A stretch of DNA of 61,561 nt, filler included, from Chiloscyllium plagiosum (GCF_004010195.1; 4 parts of one record of this genome joined end to end with filler, not necessarily neighbours in it), one strand, 5' to 3'. Shown: positions 11,983-25,321, numbered from the whole stretch's first letter. Notes: generated by a model from the letters alone, not told the origin. Numbers and translations: made by a program.

Positions 11983-13027
11983 NNNNNNNNNNNNNNNNNN
12001 NNNNNNNNNNNNNNNNNNNNNNNNNNNNNNNNNNNNNNNNNNNNNNNNNNNNNNNNNNNNNNNNNNNNNNNNNNNNNNNNNNNNNNNNNNNNNNNNNNNN
12101 NNNNNNNNNNNNNNNNNNNNNNNNNNNNNNNNNNNNNNNNNNNNNNNNNNNNNNNNNNNNNNNNNNNNNNNNNNNNNNNNNNNNNNNNNNNNNNNNNNNN
12201 NNNNNNNNNNNNNNNNNNNNNNNNNNNNNNNNNNNNNNNNNNNNNNNNNNNNNNNNNNNNNNNNNNNNNNNNNNNNNNNNNNNNNNNNNNNNNNNNNNNN
12301 NNNNNNNNNNNNNNNNNNNNNNNNNNNNNNNNNNNNNNNNNNNNNNNNNNNNNNNNNNNNNNNNNNNNNNNNNNNNNNNNNNNNNNNNNNNNNNNNNNNN
12401 NNNNNNNNNNNNNNNNNNNNNNNNNNNNNNNNNNNNNNNNNNNNNNNNNNNNNNNNNNNNNNNNNNNNNNNNNNNNNNNNNNCTTTGAAAAAATCCACAC
12501 TCTGTTTCTCCTGAAACTGCCTGTGAACTCATCCCCTTTCCATTCTCCTCGCAATTGTCTGTGAACCTTCCCCACTCTGTTCTAAGTAGTAACAGTTTCT
12601 GACCTTATCCCCTGCTCTGTTCCTTAGCCAGAGCTTGAAAAGTCCATCTCTACTCTGTTTTCCTACCAATGGATCATGAGCCTATCTCCAGTCGGTATGT
12701 TAACCCATCCCCACTCTCGCATCAAACTGGGATACATCCACACTCTGTTCTCTTGGCAACGGCCTGTGAACCCAATCTCCACTCTGTTCCCCTAGGAATG
12801 GCCCGTGAAACCATTGCCATTCTGTTCTCCTCGGAATTGCCTGTGTAGTCACCCCGCTCTGTTCCTCTAAGAGTAGTCTGTGACCCCATGCTCACTCGGT
12901 TCCCCTGAAAACTGCCCGTGAACTCATCCACACTCTATTCCTAGAGGAACAACCTGTGAACCCATCCCCGCTCGGTTCTCCCAACAACATCCGGTGAACC
13001 CAAACCCGGCCTGTTCCCAGAGTAACA

Positions 13028-13150
13028 TTACAGATGAAGGGCTCAGCCCCGAAACGTCGATTTGCCTGTTCCTCGGATGCTGCCCGACCTACTGTGGTTT
13101 TCCAGCAACACACTCTCAACTCTGATCTCCAGCATCTGCAGACCTCACTG
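13028..13150 (+). mobile_element. Penelope-like terminal fragment with degenerate hammerhead motif
   Basis: cagatgaagggctcagccccgaaacgtcg...gatgctgcccgacct...ctccagcatctgcagacctcact. Confidence 0.65.
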
Positions 13151-15539
13151 CACCTGGAAGCGTGCTGTGAGCAGATTCTCAGTATTTTCTTCAGGCAACA
13201 GCCTGTGGACACGCAACTGCTTTGCTGCCCATGCAACAGCTGGTGAACCTATGCCCAATCTATTCATTTCGTAACGGCTGTGTTTCCATCACCACTCTGT
13301 GCTCCGAGTAACAGGCCAGGACACTGTCACCTTTCTTTTCTCCGGCAACTTCCTGTGACTCTATCCCCATTCTGCTCTCTTACCTCTGCGCTCTGCACTC
13401 AGCTCCACTCTTGTATTGTCAGAAATCGCCTGTGAACTCACACCCGCGCTGATTTGCTGACAACAGCCAGTGAGACCATCCTCAATCTGTTCTATATGCA
13501 ATGGCCCATCAACGGTCCCAAATCTGTTCACTAGCAATGGCCTGGAAACCCATCGTCAGACTTTTGTGCGAGCAGCAGCCTGTGAAACCATCTTCACTCT
13601 GTTTCCATACGACCTCTGTATCACTCCGTACACTATTTCTGTAATAATGGCCTGTGATCCCATCCTCCCTCTGTTCCCATGCCAACTGCGTCTTATTCCC
13701 ACCCTGGAAACTCTTCGCAAGTTGTTCTCCTCACAACCACCTACTAACCTATGCTAACACTGTGTTTCCGAGCAACGGCTCATGAATACATTCTCCCTTT
13801 CTTCTGCTAGTAACGTGCTGTGAACCCAGACTGACTCTTTTCCTTTTGTAATGGCCTGTAAACTCAATCTCACTCTGTTTTCCTCGCAGCGGCTTCTGAA
13901 ACTTTCCCCACTCTGTTCTGCTATCAACTGCCAATGAACCCACTCCACTGTGTTCGCCAATCAACGGACTGTGACTCTATCCACACTCTGTTCTTATGGG
14001 AAACTATCTGTGGCACCATCCCCTCTCTGTTCTCCAAGCAAAAGCTTGCGAAACAATCCCTGCTCTGTTCCCCAGGCTTGTGACACCCAACCCCACTGTG
14101 TTTCCCGACCAACAGCCTATGCAGATCATTGCCATTTTCACAGTAACAGCCGGTGAACTCATCATCTCCTCTGTTCACAAAGCAATACCCGCATCTGCGC
14201 TGTGCTCTAAGTAGCAACGGCCGGTGGCACCATTCACAGACTGTCCTGCCAGCAACGGCCTGTGCATACACCCACACCCTAATCTCCTTGCAACTGTCTG
14301 TGAACCCCTTCCCATTAAGTTCGCCAAGAAATAGCCTGTGAATACATCCCCATTGTGTCCTCCGAGCAATGGCGTAGGCAACTATTCCCATTCTGTCCTC
14401 CCACCAAAAGCATATGACCGCTCTCAATCTCTGTTCATCTCCCAACTTCCTGTGAATTCCATCAGCACCGTTTTCCGAGCAACTGTCTGTGAACCCCTTT
14501 CCACTGTGTTGTCCTTGCACATATATCTGAATCCATCACAAATCTGTTCCCCGAGCAACAGCCTGAGACCCCATCCCCATTCTATTAAACGAACAATTTC
14601 CATCCCCACTCTGATTTCCTACCAGTGACCGTGAACCCATCCCCACTCGGTTTTCGTTGAAACTATCTTTGAACCCGTCCAAACTCTGGAAAACAGAGTA
14701 CCATCCATCTGTCCTCTGTCCTCCTGGCAACGGCCTGTAAACCCATTCTCACTCTGTTCACTGAGCATTTGTCTGTGACCTTATCCTCACTCTCTTCTCC
14801 TGTAATAAACTTTGTTTCCATTCCCGTGCTGTTCTTGTCGCAACTGCCTTTGAACCCATCCCCACAGTGTTTTCCTCGAAAGGGCCTGAGTACCATCCAC
14901 ACTCGGTTCGAATTAGCAACATCTGTGATGCCATCCGCACCTGTTTCTCCTAGCAACTACCTGTGCACCCAACCCCATCCTGATCTCCTTGCAACTGACT
15001 GTCAAACCCTCTCCTTTCAGTTTGCAAAGCAATAGCCTGTGAACGCATCGCCTTCCTGTTCTCCAAGAAAAAGTATGTGACTGCATCCGCACGTTGTCCC
15101 CCAAGTACTGCCACTGGAACCCATCGTAACTCTGTCCTTTTGGCAGCATAATGTGATCCTGTCCTCACTCTGTTACCCTCCCAACAGCCTGTGAATTCCA
15201 TCTCCTCTCTGGTGTTTTAAAAGCGGACCGTTCATCCATCCTCCATCGGTTCTCGTCGCAGCAGCCTTCAATCCGCCCACACGCTACCAACAACCTTTAC
15301 TTCATCCCTGCACTGTTCTCCAAACAATCACCTGTGAATCCATCCCGACGCAGTTATGCGAGAAAAGCCCTGTAAATCCATTCCTATCCTGTTGGTCAAG
15401 CAATGGCGAGTGACCCCATCCCTAGTCTACTCTCCTAAAATCTCTCTGTGTTCCCATCACCACCCTGTTCTCCTCGCAATGACCCAAGAATCCATCCCCA
15501 CTCTATTCTACAAAGAATCCCATGTGAACATATCGCTTT

Positions 15540-15844
15540 GAAATTTTGGGAGAAGATTTGTAGCTTGGGTGCTCGTTGTTGTGGTTCTGTTCGCCGAGCT
15601 GGGAATTTGTGTTTCAGACGTTTCGGCCCCTATCCAGGTGACATCCTCAGTGCTTTGGAGCCTCCTGTGAAGCGCTTCTGTGATGTTTCCTCCGGCATTT
15701 ATAGTGATGATCAAACACTATAAATGCCGGAGGAGACATCACAGAAGCGCTTTATTGGAAGCTCCCAAGCACTGAGGATGTCACCTAGACAGGGGACGAA
15801 ACGTCTGCAACACAAATTCCCAGTTCGGCGAACAGAACCACAAC
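15540..15844. mobile_element. Penelope-like fold-back insertion (copy in right arm) with perfect 13-bp TSD
   Basis: aacatatcgcttt at 15527-15539 and 15845-15857; internal inverted repeat. Confidence 0.8.
15769..15808 (+). ncRNA. Putative minimal type I hammerhead ribozyme
   Basis: GCA-CUGAGGA-U-GUCACCU-agac-AGGGGAC-GAAA-CG-UC-UGC: CUGANGA and GAAA cores, helix II, 3-bp helix I and palindromic ACGU helix III. Confidence 0.6.
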
Positions 15845-16796
15845 AACATATCGCTTTTTATTTCATCCTTGCAACAGCCTGAGAGCACATAGTTACAATG
15901 TTTCTTTTGCAAAAGCGAGTGAGCTGATTTCCAATCCATTCCATTAACAATGACATGTGCGTCCATCACACCTCAGTACTCCTGGCAATGGCCTGCGGCC
16001 ACGCCAACACTCTTTTCACCTGACAACGGCCTGTGAACGTATTCCCACGCTATTACCCCAGAAATGGCCTATAAACTTACTCTCACTCTCTTCTAATCGT
16101 AATGCTCTGTGGCCATAACCGCGCGATATTCTCCTAGCAATAGCCTTTGACATCATCCCACTCTGTTTTCCGAGCAACAGCCTCTGCTCCTACCCCGACT
16201 CTGCTCTCTTGGCAATCTCGTGTGAGCCCATTCTAATTCTGTTCCCCTTACAAAATCATGTGAACCCATCCACACTCTTTCTCCTGTTAACGGCAGGTAA
16301 ACACGTAACCACGGAACGAGACCGACTGTGCGGTAATCTGGGAGAGGTAAATTGAGAGTTAGAGGAAGTGCAAGAGGGAGAGGTAGGGAGGTCAATGGTG
16401 CAGGGTGCATAACGCCAGAAGAGAAAGCAAGGACGGAGGGAATTAACCCAACTGCTGAGCTTGGCTCCGGTCGTCAACCCTTCCCTGAGATCCAGGAAAT
16501 GGAGCTGTGTCTGTCTTTCACCTGCTCAGAATTGTCAACACAAACATAAACAACAATAGATTCAGTCTACCCCTTGTCATTTTGAATAAACTTTTTTACA
16601 GTTTTTAAATTGAAGTTGCAGATGCATTCAGTCGGATGATGCATTTTCTCACTGGCCATAAGTTGAGAAACATTAATATATGTTCCAGTTACCCTCGTTA
16701 CATAAGGTTAGATAAATCCTCAGTCTGTTATCATAGCGACAGACGACTTCATCGCTGTAAACGTGAATTAAAATGAGAAAATGCCGTTCGGATTAA

Positions 16797-17704
16797 TTAA
16801 GGAGCAAATTTGATTGATTTGTTTATTTGAGTAAATTGATATTTCAGAACATTCTTCAGCTGCTGTCTGAACTTAGTCTGTGTCAGGGCATAAATCGCGG
16901 TGTTTGTGCAGCAACTGAGAAGCTGCAGCATGAATCCCAGTTCCTGAACAAAGATTTCTAGAGATACAGGGGTATCCACAATAAAGTACATCCGGTTCCA
17001 TATGGAAAACACCATCAACATTGACCATAACAGGATGAAATAGACCGAGATCATAAACAGTAAAATAATGGATTTTTTTCGATTTTGTATTTCAATGTCA
17101 GACTGAGTGTCTACATTGTTGTGAGCCCGAAGTCTCCTGTGGGCTTTGCTGGTCACTAAAATGTGTCTGACAGTGAAAACATTCAGGAGCAGAATCAGGA
17201 GAAAAGGGACAGCCGGAGTTAGAACGTCGTGGGTGAACTCAATTATGGCCCAGATCTGAGACAAGTAAACATAATATTTTACATAACAAAACCAGGGGCT
17301 GTTCACCACGTAATACTCGCTTGTGAGCATAAAATACCAGAAAATATTCTTAAAAATACTCAGCACAGTCACTGTTCCAATAACCACAGCCGCCGTTTTC
17401 TCACAGCAATATTTCCTTTTCAACTTCTGGCAACAAATAGCCACAAATCGATCAAAGGTGAAAGTGACGTTGAACCAGACAGAACAGTCAGTGGCTGCAT
17501 AAAGCAGGACTGCGTGGATATTACACACGGGGATGGAATAGCGGAATTCCAAATATTCCCGAAAAACAATGGGAATGTGTCTCAATATCAGGTCGATGAT
17601 GATGACCAGTAGATCCGCCGCTGCCATGGCCTCCAGGTAGCGTCTGACACATGGAGACAATCCACAATCTTTATAAAGCAGGACATGGATCGTTACGGCG
17701 TTAA
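16797..17704 (-). CDS. GPR139/GPR142-like class A GPCR, main coding exon (first exon not found)
   Basis: Open frame of ~300 codons after the acceptor cctcacag at 17705; AMAAADLL, FDRFVAICC and CTNTAIY motifs with multiple hydrophobic segments; stop at 16797. Confidence 0.85.
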
Positions 17705-18051
17705 CTGTGAGGAAGGGAAACACACAAGTTATCCATCAACCTGGACCAAATTTACCAATTTCCTTTTAAAGACAGAGTTAGTATTTTCAAATGGTCGCTT
17801 AATTGATGGAATTGGAGCTGAAATAACACATGGGAAGCTCTGAATTACTTGCGAAGATGTCAGGAAAAACAGATAGTAGATTCCATCCTAAACAAGCAGG
17901 CACACATCCATAAGTACAGATGGTTTCTTGAACATTTCCACAAACTCGATCACTGGAGAGCAGACACGGGTTACATCTTTCCAGTTCCTAATATTGAGGG
18001 CGAAAAAGTTGCTGTCCTGAAGCATTCTGTCCCAGTTCCTTAAAGACAAAT

Positions 18052-20240
18052 TGTTATGGACGAGGCCAGGCCACTCACAACATTCTTAAGCAGGGAGGTC
18101 AGACTATAACTTTGCAATTTGTTTCTGTAAGTGTACACTAAAGATTACCCAGAGTAAGTTAGAAATTTTAACTAACAAGTTCTAAAACAGACGAAAATGT
18201 ATTCACAAAATGTATTCACAACGAAACACAAGCAATAGAATAAAAAATTCCAACAAAACTCAGTTCATCCAACCTGAACTTAATCATGCGGTTCCGAATA
18301 TACACAAGAGTCCCAATTATTAAACCGCTTAATAACCCGCACAAATGGAACACATACTTAGAGTTTGATTGTCTCACATGCATTACCGTTAATTTATACA
18401 GTGAAATGTTGAAATGCAAACACCAGGCTTAAAGTCTCTTTCTCCAATTTTGAATAATGCTGTTGATGAGCGTTCAGCTTCCAAGAACAAATAGAAGATG
18501 GGTCTTTCTATTCCCTCGTCATCCTCCTGCAGATGCATCACACAGACACCCACATCACTGGCATCGATAGCCACCTTGAAAGGCTTCGTGGAGCTTTGTA
18601 TGAATAATATTGGGGCAGGGGCTAACAGTTTTGACGGCTTTCAAATGCCTTTTCACAGTCCGCTGTTCACTGAAAATTCTTGTGCTTTTTTTAACAATTC
18701 GTTGAGTGGAGCAGACACATGGCTTAGTTTTGGCACCAACCTTTGGTAAAATCCAATCAATCCCAGGAACCACAGTACTCTATGCTCTAACTGCGTTAAC
18801 TCTCTGCTCTCCACATCAGTTCGTACTCCTTCAGGCAGTGAATTTTCGAATTCCTCCAAAATAATTACCTCTCCAAGGGCATCATTGGTTTGCTCAATCG
18901 TTAAAGCTCTTCTCCGTCTATCGAAATGACTGTGTTTGATCCTTTCAAACTCAATATAGGTTAGACGCTGGTCTCTCTTTAGATTCCTAAAACTTCGTCT
19001 ATCGGCTTCTGGTACCATCTCATATGCACTTCAAATGCTTTTTTCACCTCCTCATACTCCCCAGATACCTGCTCTGAAAGTGATGTGAATACCTCACAAG
19101 CCCGAACGACAACTGTGTGGGCGGCACGGTGGCACAGTGGTTAGCACTGCTGCCTCACAGCGCCAGAGACCCGGGTTCAATTCCCGCCTCAGGCGACTGA
19201 CTGTGTGGAGTTTGCACGTTCTCCCCGTGTCTGCGTGGGTTTGCTCCGGTTTCCTCCCACCATCCAAAGATGTGCAGGGTCAGGTGAATTGGCCATACTA
19301 AATTGCCTGTAGTGTNNNNNNNNNTTCATCAAACTTAGGCAATGTTTGAATATAATTAAACAGTTTCTCACTGGGCCTCTGACTACGACGGGCTTGCTCA
19401 TCCTAACTCTCTTCCTCAATAGGCAGATCCTCATCCTTTATCTGGAGCCTTTTTTGAGCTGGCTTTCCTTTTTCAGGCTCAGTTTCTGACCTTGAAAAGC
19501 TCACTCATTTTTCTTTCTCTCCTCTCTCGTTTTCATTCTCTTCTGTTCCTCATCGGAACTACAACTGTTTCATTTCTGCAATCAAGCCAACGCCCGGAAC
19601 AAAGACACTAGCACATCCCACTTGCTGCGTAAAATAGCGCAAAGACCTCCCAATCTGTTCTGGACTAGGCCAGACAACTCAAAATATTCGACAACAAACA
19701 GCCTAGACAATAATTTTACAATTTGTTTCGATAAGTGTTCAGAGAAAGTTACCCAGAGTGAATTAGCAAGACTGATTCCCAGGTTCCAAACCAAACAAAA
19801 CGTTATTCACAAATTAAGCAATGTAGCACAAAGAACAGAATCAAGAATCATGACAGAACTCTATCTACCCAATTATAGACTTAACTATGTTGTTCCGAAC
19901 ATACACAACAGTCCCAATAAGCAAACTCCCTTAAACACCCGTATGAAACAATGCTGACAAAATGAAGTCAGAAGAGAGAGACAGTTGAACTCACGACGAA
20001 TTCTGGATTGAACTGGACTGATCAGCTAGAGAGCTCACCACTCCCCTTACTTTCTACAGGACACTTCTGAAACATGACCACTTTCGCCTGAATTGTCATC
20101 CGTTGACATATGATCAAAAATGTCTCTCAATACACTTTAATCTCTGTACAAAAGCAGGGTTATTGGAGTCCAGCCTGATTTTTTGCCACTCTGAAAAAAA
20201 GTCCTTGAGGCAACGAACAGCTTTTAAGAAAATAAAAATG
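18052..20240 (-). mobile_element. Internally deleted Gmr1-like Gypsy LTR retrotransposon
   Basis: SCAN-like gag (VPEADRRSFRNL...VIILEEFENSLP) joined to RT connection (FLGLIGFYQRLVP) and RNase H (AIDASDVGV). Diverged LTR-like direct repeats start at 18052 and 19656. Confidence 0.8.
19115..19315 (+). mobile_element. Young HE1-type SINE inserted in Gypsy gag
   Basis: gggcggcacggtggcacagtggttagcactgctgcctcacagcgccagagacccgggttcaattccc. Confidence 0.9.
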
Positions 20241-21049
20241 ACTAGCATTCTGACAAAATGGAGTTTGGAAATTCAAAGCATTCAGTCTACTTTGTGGTTG
20301 ATTGTTGTACGGAAACGTAAACGCAGGGAAAATGTATTCACCGTTTGAACTGCCTGAGGGGACTTCGAACAAGTGATTTCTTCTCCCTGCAACGGAAGCT
20401 TGTCCCTTGAGACATTATCTTTTGTTCAATTATCTGACATCAGACCAGACAAAAATAATGTTGTTGTCGAATATTCTGGGTGATATCGATTATACAACGT
20501 ACTAAGGAATGTTCTAAACAGTTCTCAGGATAAGGAAACGGACACTTCACACGTTATGTGATACACGAAGTTGGTAGAGACTTTTTCTTTGCAAAACTCA
20601 AGGACATACAATTCAGGTGCATTCAGCGTCCATTCTGCACTTTACACATGCTCAACCATTCACGAAGATCGGGGCTGACCTGACTATGTTCCAGGAATAG
20701 TCAGTCAAACCATGAAATCCTGTCACCAATCACTCGAACCTCAGACATGTTTTTGACATCGGTTTTCATCAAGCATGTGTTCTGGAGCCATTTCCACAAT
20801 GACAGATTCTCCAAATACTCCATCAGATTGCACGACAAACAAAAAAAAATCTCGTTGTATAGGTAACCGGATTAAATCACGATTAAGAGATGCAGTTATT
20901 TCATTTGAAGCACTTTATTGCACTTAACCCATGACAACATCTACACCAATGTTCAATATAAATTAAAATACAATAAGTGGTTCGCTGTGAAGATTATCAA
21001 TCCTTTTGAAAACAAAAACACAGTTAAAGAGCCCGACTGAACCACATTG

Positions 21050-22420
21050 AAATTCGCACGGAAAGAAGACGATTTGGGAAGTGAACGTAACAGCAGAAGC
21101 ATGGTGCATGAAAAAGGGACTCCATTTCATGGGCAAGTGGAACATTGGGATGGGCATCTCCTGAACCAGTCGGCAAGCAGCGTCCGAGTGGAAAGGCTAA
21201 ATAAAGTGATCGCAAGGACTGTAAACTTCTTGAAGATAAGAGGGCTCAGGAGGCGTTTCTGAAGTTCGCATAACAAGGAAATGAAGAGAAAGTTTCAAGA
21301 AGTTCTGTCAACTCATTACTGGCAAAACGGCTAAGGGATCTACATGGGAAGGGAGATGGTTAATCACAGCACCGATGGTGTTACAGCCAAATGCCAAAGT
21401 TAAACGAAACAAGTTAAATGGGTTTACAGTTCACATTTAGATTTTCAGGTTCAATGCCTTGAGTAACGCAGAGAGGTGGCTTCTATTGTATCAGCGTTAG
21501 AAACTAAACATCCAATGATTAATATCGAGTTGAAAAGACAGAAGGGCAGGGTAACATTGTGAGTAAAAGATCAAATGAAATCAATGCCAAGAAATCATAT
21601 ATGGGCAGAAGGCATTGAATCCGTGTGGGCAGAAATGATGAACTTCAAAGGAAAGAAAAGTTTCTTGAAGGAGATGTGTACAGGTCTCCGAGAAGTAGTC
21701 GGTATAGGAGGCAAGAAACAATGTCTGGACAAAAAAAGGCATGTATGAAAGACACTGTTTCAATGATCATCGGGGACTTCAATATGCGGGTGGACTCGGA
21801 AATATCCGTTTGATAGGGGATACGATCATAAAAGAAATAATTTGTGGAATGAATGCAAGACATTTTTTGGACTTGTGGAAGAGTAAACCCATGAAGAGAT
21901 AATTCTGGATTTGGTCATAAATAATGAGGCAGAATTGTTGAGGGAGTTGAAGGTGGAGGACCCTCTTGTGGCATTGAACATAATAAGATCAATGACATCC
22001 TGCATTTTGAGAAGGAGAAGCTGGAATCAAGTTTAATACTACTATTGAAAGAAAGAACTCCAAAGACATGACGAAGGATCAGATCAGAATTGATTGGAGG
22101 GAGAACTTAGCAAGGAAGATGTTAGATTCGTAAAATCTGAGGTTGCAGGGGCCAATTCGGGAGGTACAACCGAAATTCATCACAAGGATTCAGATACATA
22201 CTGAAGAGAGAGAGAGAGAAACGTAGTGAAAATTGACGAATGCAACAACCACTCTTAATGGGGGGAAGGTGACGGAAGATGGAAAATTATAGACTCGTTA
22301 GACTGGCCTCGTTCGGTGGTGAGATGTGAAGGACGAGATTGCAGAATACATAGACGTTGATCGTAAAGTAACAGTGAGTCTGTATAGATTTATAAAGCAA
22401 AGACATGCCTGAAAATTCTG
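21050..22420 (+). mobile_element. Old CR1-clade LINE, ORF1 end plus APE endonuclease fragments with many deletions
   Basis: IIGDFNMRVD and ILDLVINNE-like endonuclease motifs. Confidence 0.65.
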
Positions 22421-22925
22421 TTGTAATTCTGGTTGTTTTTTAATTCGCTGAGCTGCAGGGCTTGTCTCCATGGTTTCATCAAAATACTATTTCACATTAT
22501 TAGTGCACCCCCGGGGAAACACTGACGGTGTGTCCCACTTTCCAGTTACGTGTCTTGATTTCTTATGGTGGATGATATAATTTCTGGTCCTTTTTCTCAA
22601 AGGATCTTACATGTGGTCCAAATTGCTACGTTTCTTGATGTAGTACTGGTTAGAATGTCAGGTCTCTAGGAATTCTCGTGTGTGGCTCTGTTTGGTTTGC
22701 CCGAGAATGGATGTGTTGCCCCTGTCAAAGTGTGTCCTTCTTCATTTGTATGTAAGGATATTAGTGATACTAGTCATGTGATTTTGTTTTGGCTAGTTGA
22801 TGTTGTAGCCATGTGGCTCGTTTCCCGCCCGATTGTCTGTTGTAGTGCTTGTTACAATCCTTGCATGCTGTTTTTTAAATGATACCACAGTAAAATGTTA
22901 CAAGGGACTTTATACATCATGTACA
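22420..22925 (-). mobile_element. Penelope-like element, GIY-YIG C-terminus and 3' repeat
   Basis: Minus strand reads YKVPCN...SLISLHTNEEGH / FDRGNTSILGQTKQSHTREFLET*HSN, typical of the PLE endonuclease tail. Confidence 0.75.
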
Positions 22926-22984
22926 GGCATAAATTGGCACTCATCTCGACAAGGAAATAGATAGAGAAAATGATGTGGTCTTCA

Positions 22985-23770
22985 AAGAACAAAGAAAATG
23001 TACAGCCCAGGAACATTCTCTTCAGCCCTCAAAGCGTGAGCCGTTCCAAAATGTATTTTCTCAACTTGCCAGTCCATTCCTAAGCATCTGTGTCCCTCTG
23101 CTCCCCATCTACTCATGCATCTGTCCAGACGCATCATCAATGAATCGACCATGCCTGCCTCTACCACCTGTGCTGGCTACGCGTAAAAAACGCCCACCAC
23201 CCTCTGTGTGAAGTACTTCCCGCGTGTATCCCCCTTAAACTCTCCACCTCTCAATGTGAAAGCGTGACCTCTCGTTATTGAATCCTTTGCCCTGAGAAAA
23301 AGCTTGTCTCTATCCACCCTGTGTACACCTTTCATGATTGTGTAAATCTCAATCAGGACCCCCCTCAATCTTGCTTTATCTAGTGAAAATAAACCTAACC
23401 TACTCAACCTCTCTTCGTAGCTTGCCCCTTCCATGCCAGCAATATCATCGTAAACCTTCTCTGCACCCTTTCCAAAGTGTCCACATCCTTTTGGTAATGT
23501 GGCGCCCAGAACTGTGCATATTATTCGAAATACAGCCGAACCATTGTCTTGTACAATTTTAACATTACTTGCCAGCTCTTATACTCAATACCCCGTCCAC
23601 TGAAGGCAAGCATACTATGTGCCTTCTTGACAACTCTATCCACTTATGCAGCAAATTTCAGGGTAAAATGGACCTGCACTCCCAGATCTCTCTGCCCATC
23701 AACTTTTCCCAAGGCTTTTCCATTCATTGTATAAATCGGTCCAGAATTAGACTTGCCTAAATGCAGCCGC
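22985..23770 (-). mobile_element. CR1-clade LINE 3' end
   Basis: SYEERLSRLGLFSLDKARLRGVLIEIYTIM...FTQRVV. Confidence 0.9.
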
Positions 23771-24379
23771 CTCACAATGAAGGCCAAAAATCCATTTGCT
23801 TTCTTAATTGCTTACTGCACTTATATGCTGAAGTTTTGAGTTTCAGGCACAAGGATATCCTCAACTCTTTGTGCTTCACTATGTTTTATTAATTTAAATA
23901 ACACATATTTCGGTTCAGCCGACCATATGACAACACATTTTTTTCTAGTGTTCAGCTGTATTGCTAAAGTATATGCACATTTAGGTAATGATCCTATACC
24001 TCATTAGAGATTATTTGTAACCTCATCACAACATATACTACCACTTTTTATTTTCCATTATCACCGAATATTGAAAAATTGTTTTCGTCTTCCTGCTTTG
24101 TTAAACAAATCTGAATCCATCTTCACATAATACTTCCCAAACTGATAGCGCCCATCTCGTGTTTTATTCAAAAAATGCTGCCAGACTTGCTCGGTTTCTC
24201 CAGCAAATTCTGTTTCTGAGCATGTTTCAAATGTGTGTGTCAAAGCTGCTCAAAAGCCAAGCGAAGTCCAACATGGAGCACAATGCGCAGGTAGTGAACG
24301 GTAATGTAAGGTGCAGACATTCACTGGTTCTGAAACTACATAAGGCTGGCATTGCTAACACTACCGAGGTCTTAATCAT

Positions 24380-25310
24380 GATTAGGGCATGAAACTGTGG
24401 GAAACACATTCACTTTAAACAGTGAAGACTGAAATAGTGGAAGGGAACATATTCAGTAGAATATGTTGAACTATTTGAAATCTGTAACATCTTGGGCGGC
24501 TACGACCATGAAGAGACTCTGACAATTAATTGAAAGTACGAGCACAACAAGAACATGAGTAGGTCACTGAGGACAGGGTGTCGGGGTGAACTGGGGGACA
24601 GGCAGCAGACTTGGATTGCAGATCCAATTTAAACCTGGGCACTCATGTATAGCTGTGGAAGATAGCAATAGCAGAAGCAATTTATATTCACCCAGAATCA
24701 GGAACATTTTGCCTGGGATAATCACTCAGTCTACCCTGACCATCAAGTCAATCTGTGGTTCAGTGATGAGCGTGGCTGAACATGCCAGGGTTGGAACTAT
24801 GTGTATTTCAACCTGACGACAATCAGCTAAAGGTACCGCATTTCACTACCTACATTCCAAACAGCAGAGCTAATATCTGACGGAGACCGAAAAATAATCC
24901 CAAAATCAACAGGTCAGGTCGATGCTCTGCAGTCCTGCCACCTCAAATCATAAATGGTGGACTATGAAGCAACTCACTGGAGGATAGGGCTCCACACATT
25001 TTCCCATCCGAAATAATGGAACAGCCCTGTACATCAGTGTAAACGGCAAGAATATAGTACCTCCAACATCCTCAGCCAAAAGAGTTGAATCAATGCTCAC
25101 GTCACCGTGTACAAAATTACAGACGCTGGCCTTCAACAAAATCGATACATTGTCCCTGACAAGAAGAAGCAGATAAACACAGTAGATACGACAAATTCAA
25201 TGGGTCCTGACATCATTCTTGCAATAGAACTGAAAACGTCTGATGCGCAACAAGCTGTGTCCCTGGGGAAGTTGTTCCATTCCAGCTCCAAAGCTAACGT
25301 TGGCCTGGCA
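24380..25310 (+). mobile_element. Old CR1/L2-type LINE fragments (second family)
   Basis: SMGPDIILAIELKTSDAQQAVSLGKLFHSS resembles the pre-RT region; same family as 36560-39360. Confidence 0.55.
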
Positions 25311-25321
25311 ATACGGACAAC

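Larger units (their letters stand above)
12483..16295 (-). repeat. Same ~38-bp minisatellite in opposite orientation
   Basis: Recurrent gcaacagcctgtgaacccatccccactctgttc units. Confidence 0.85.
13844..17987 (-). repeat. Right arm of ~4.15-kb inverted duplication
   Basis: Reverse complement of 7827-11982 with scattered substitutions and small indels. Confidence 0.95.

Noticed and set aside
9520..16295. CRISPR-like periodic array, and the many 60-200 aa ORFs over it
   Set aside because: Units are contiguous and degenerate with no conserved repeat/unique spacer alternation, no cas genes and a vertebrate context. The ORFs are satellite translations.
19115..19200. tRNA-like sequences
   Set aside because: These are HE1 SINE heads continuing into the SINE body and LINE-derived tail, not tRNA genes.
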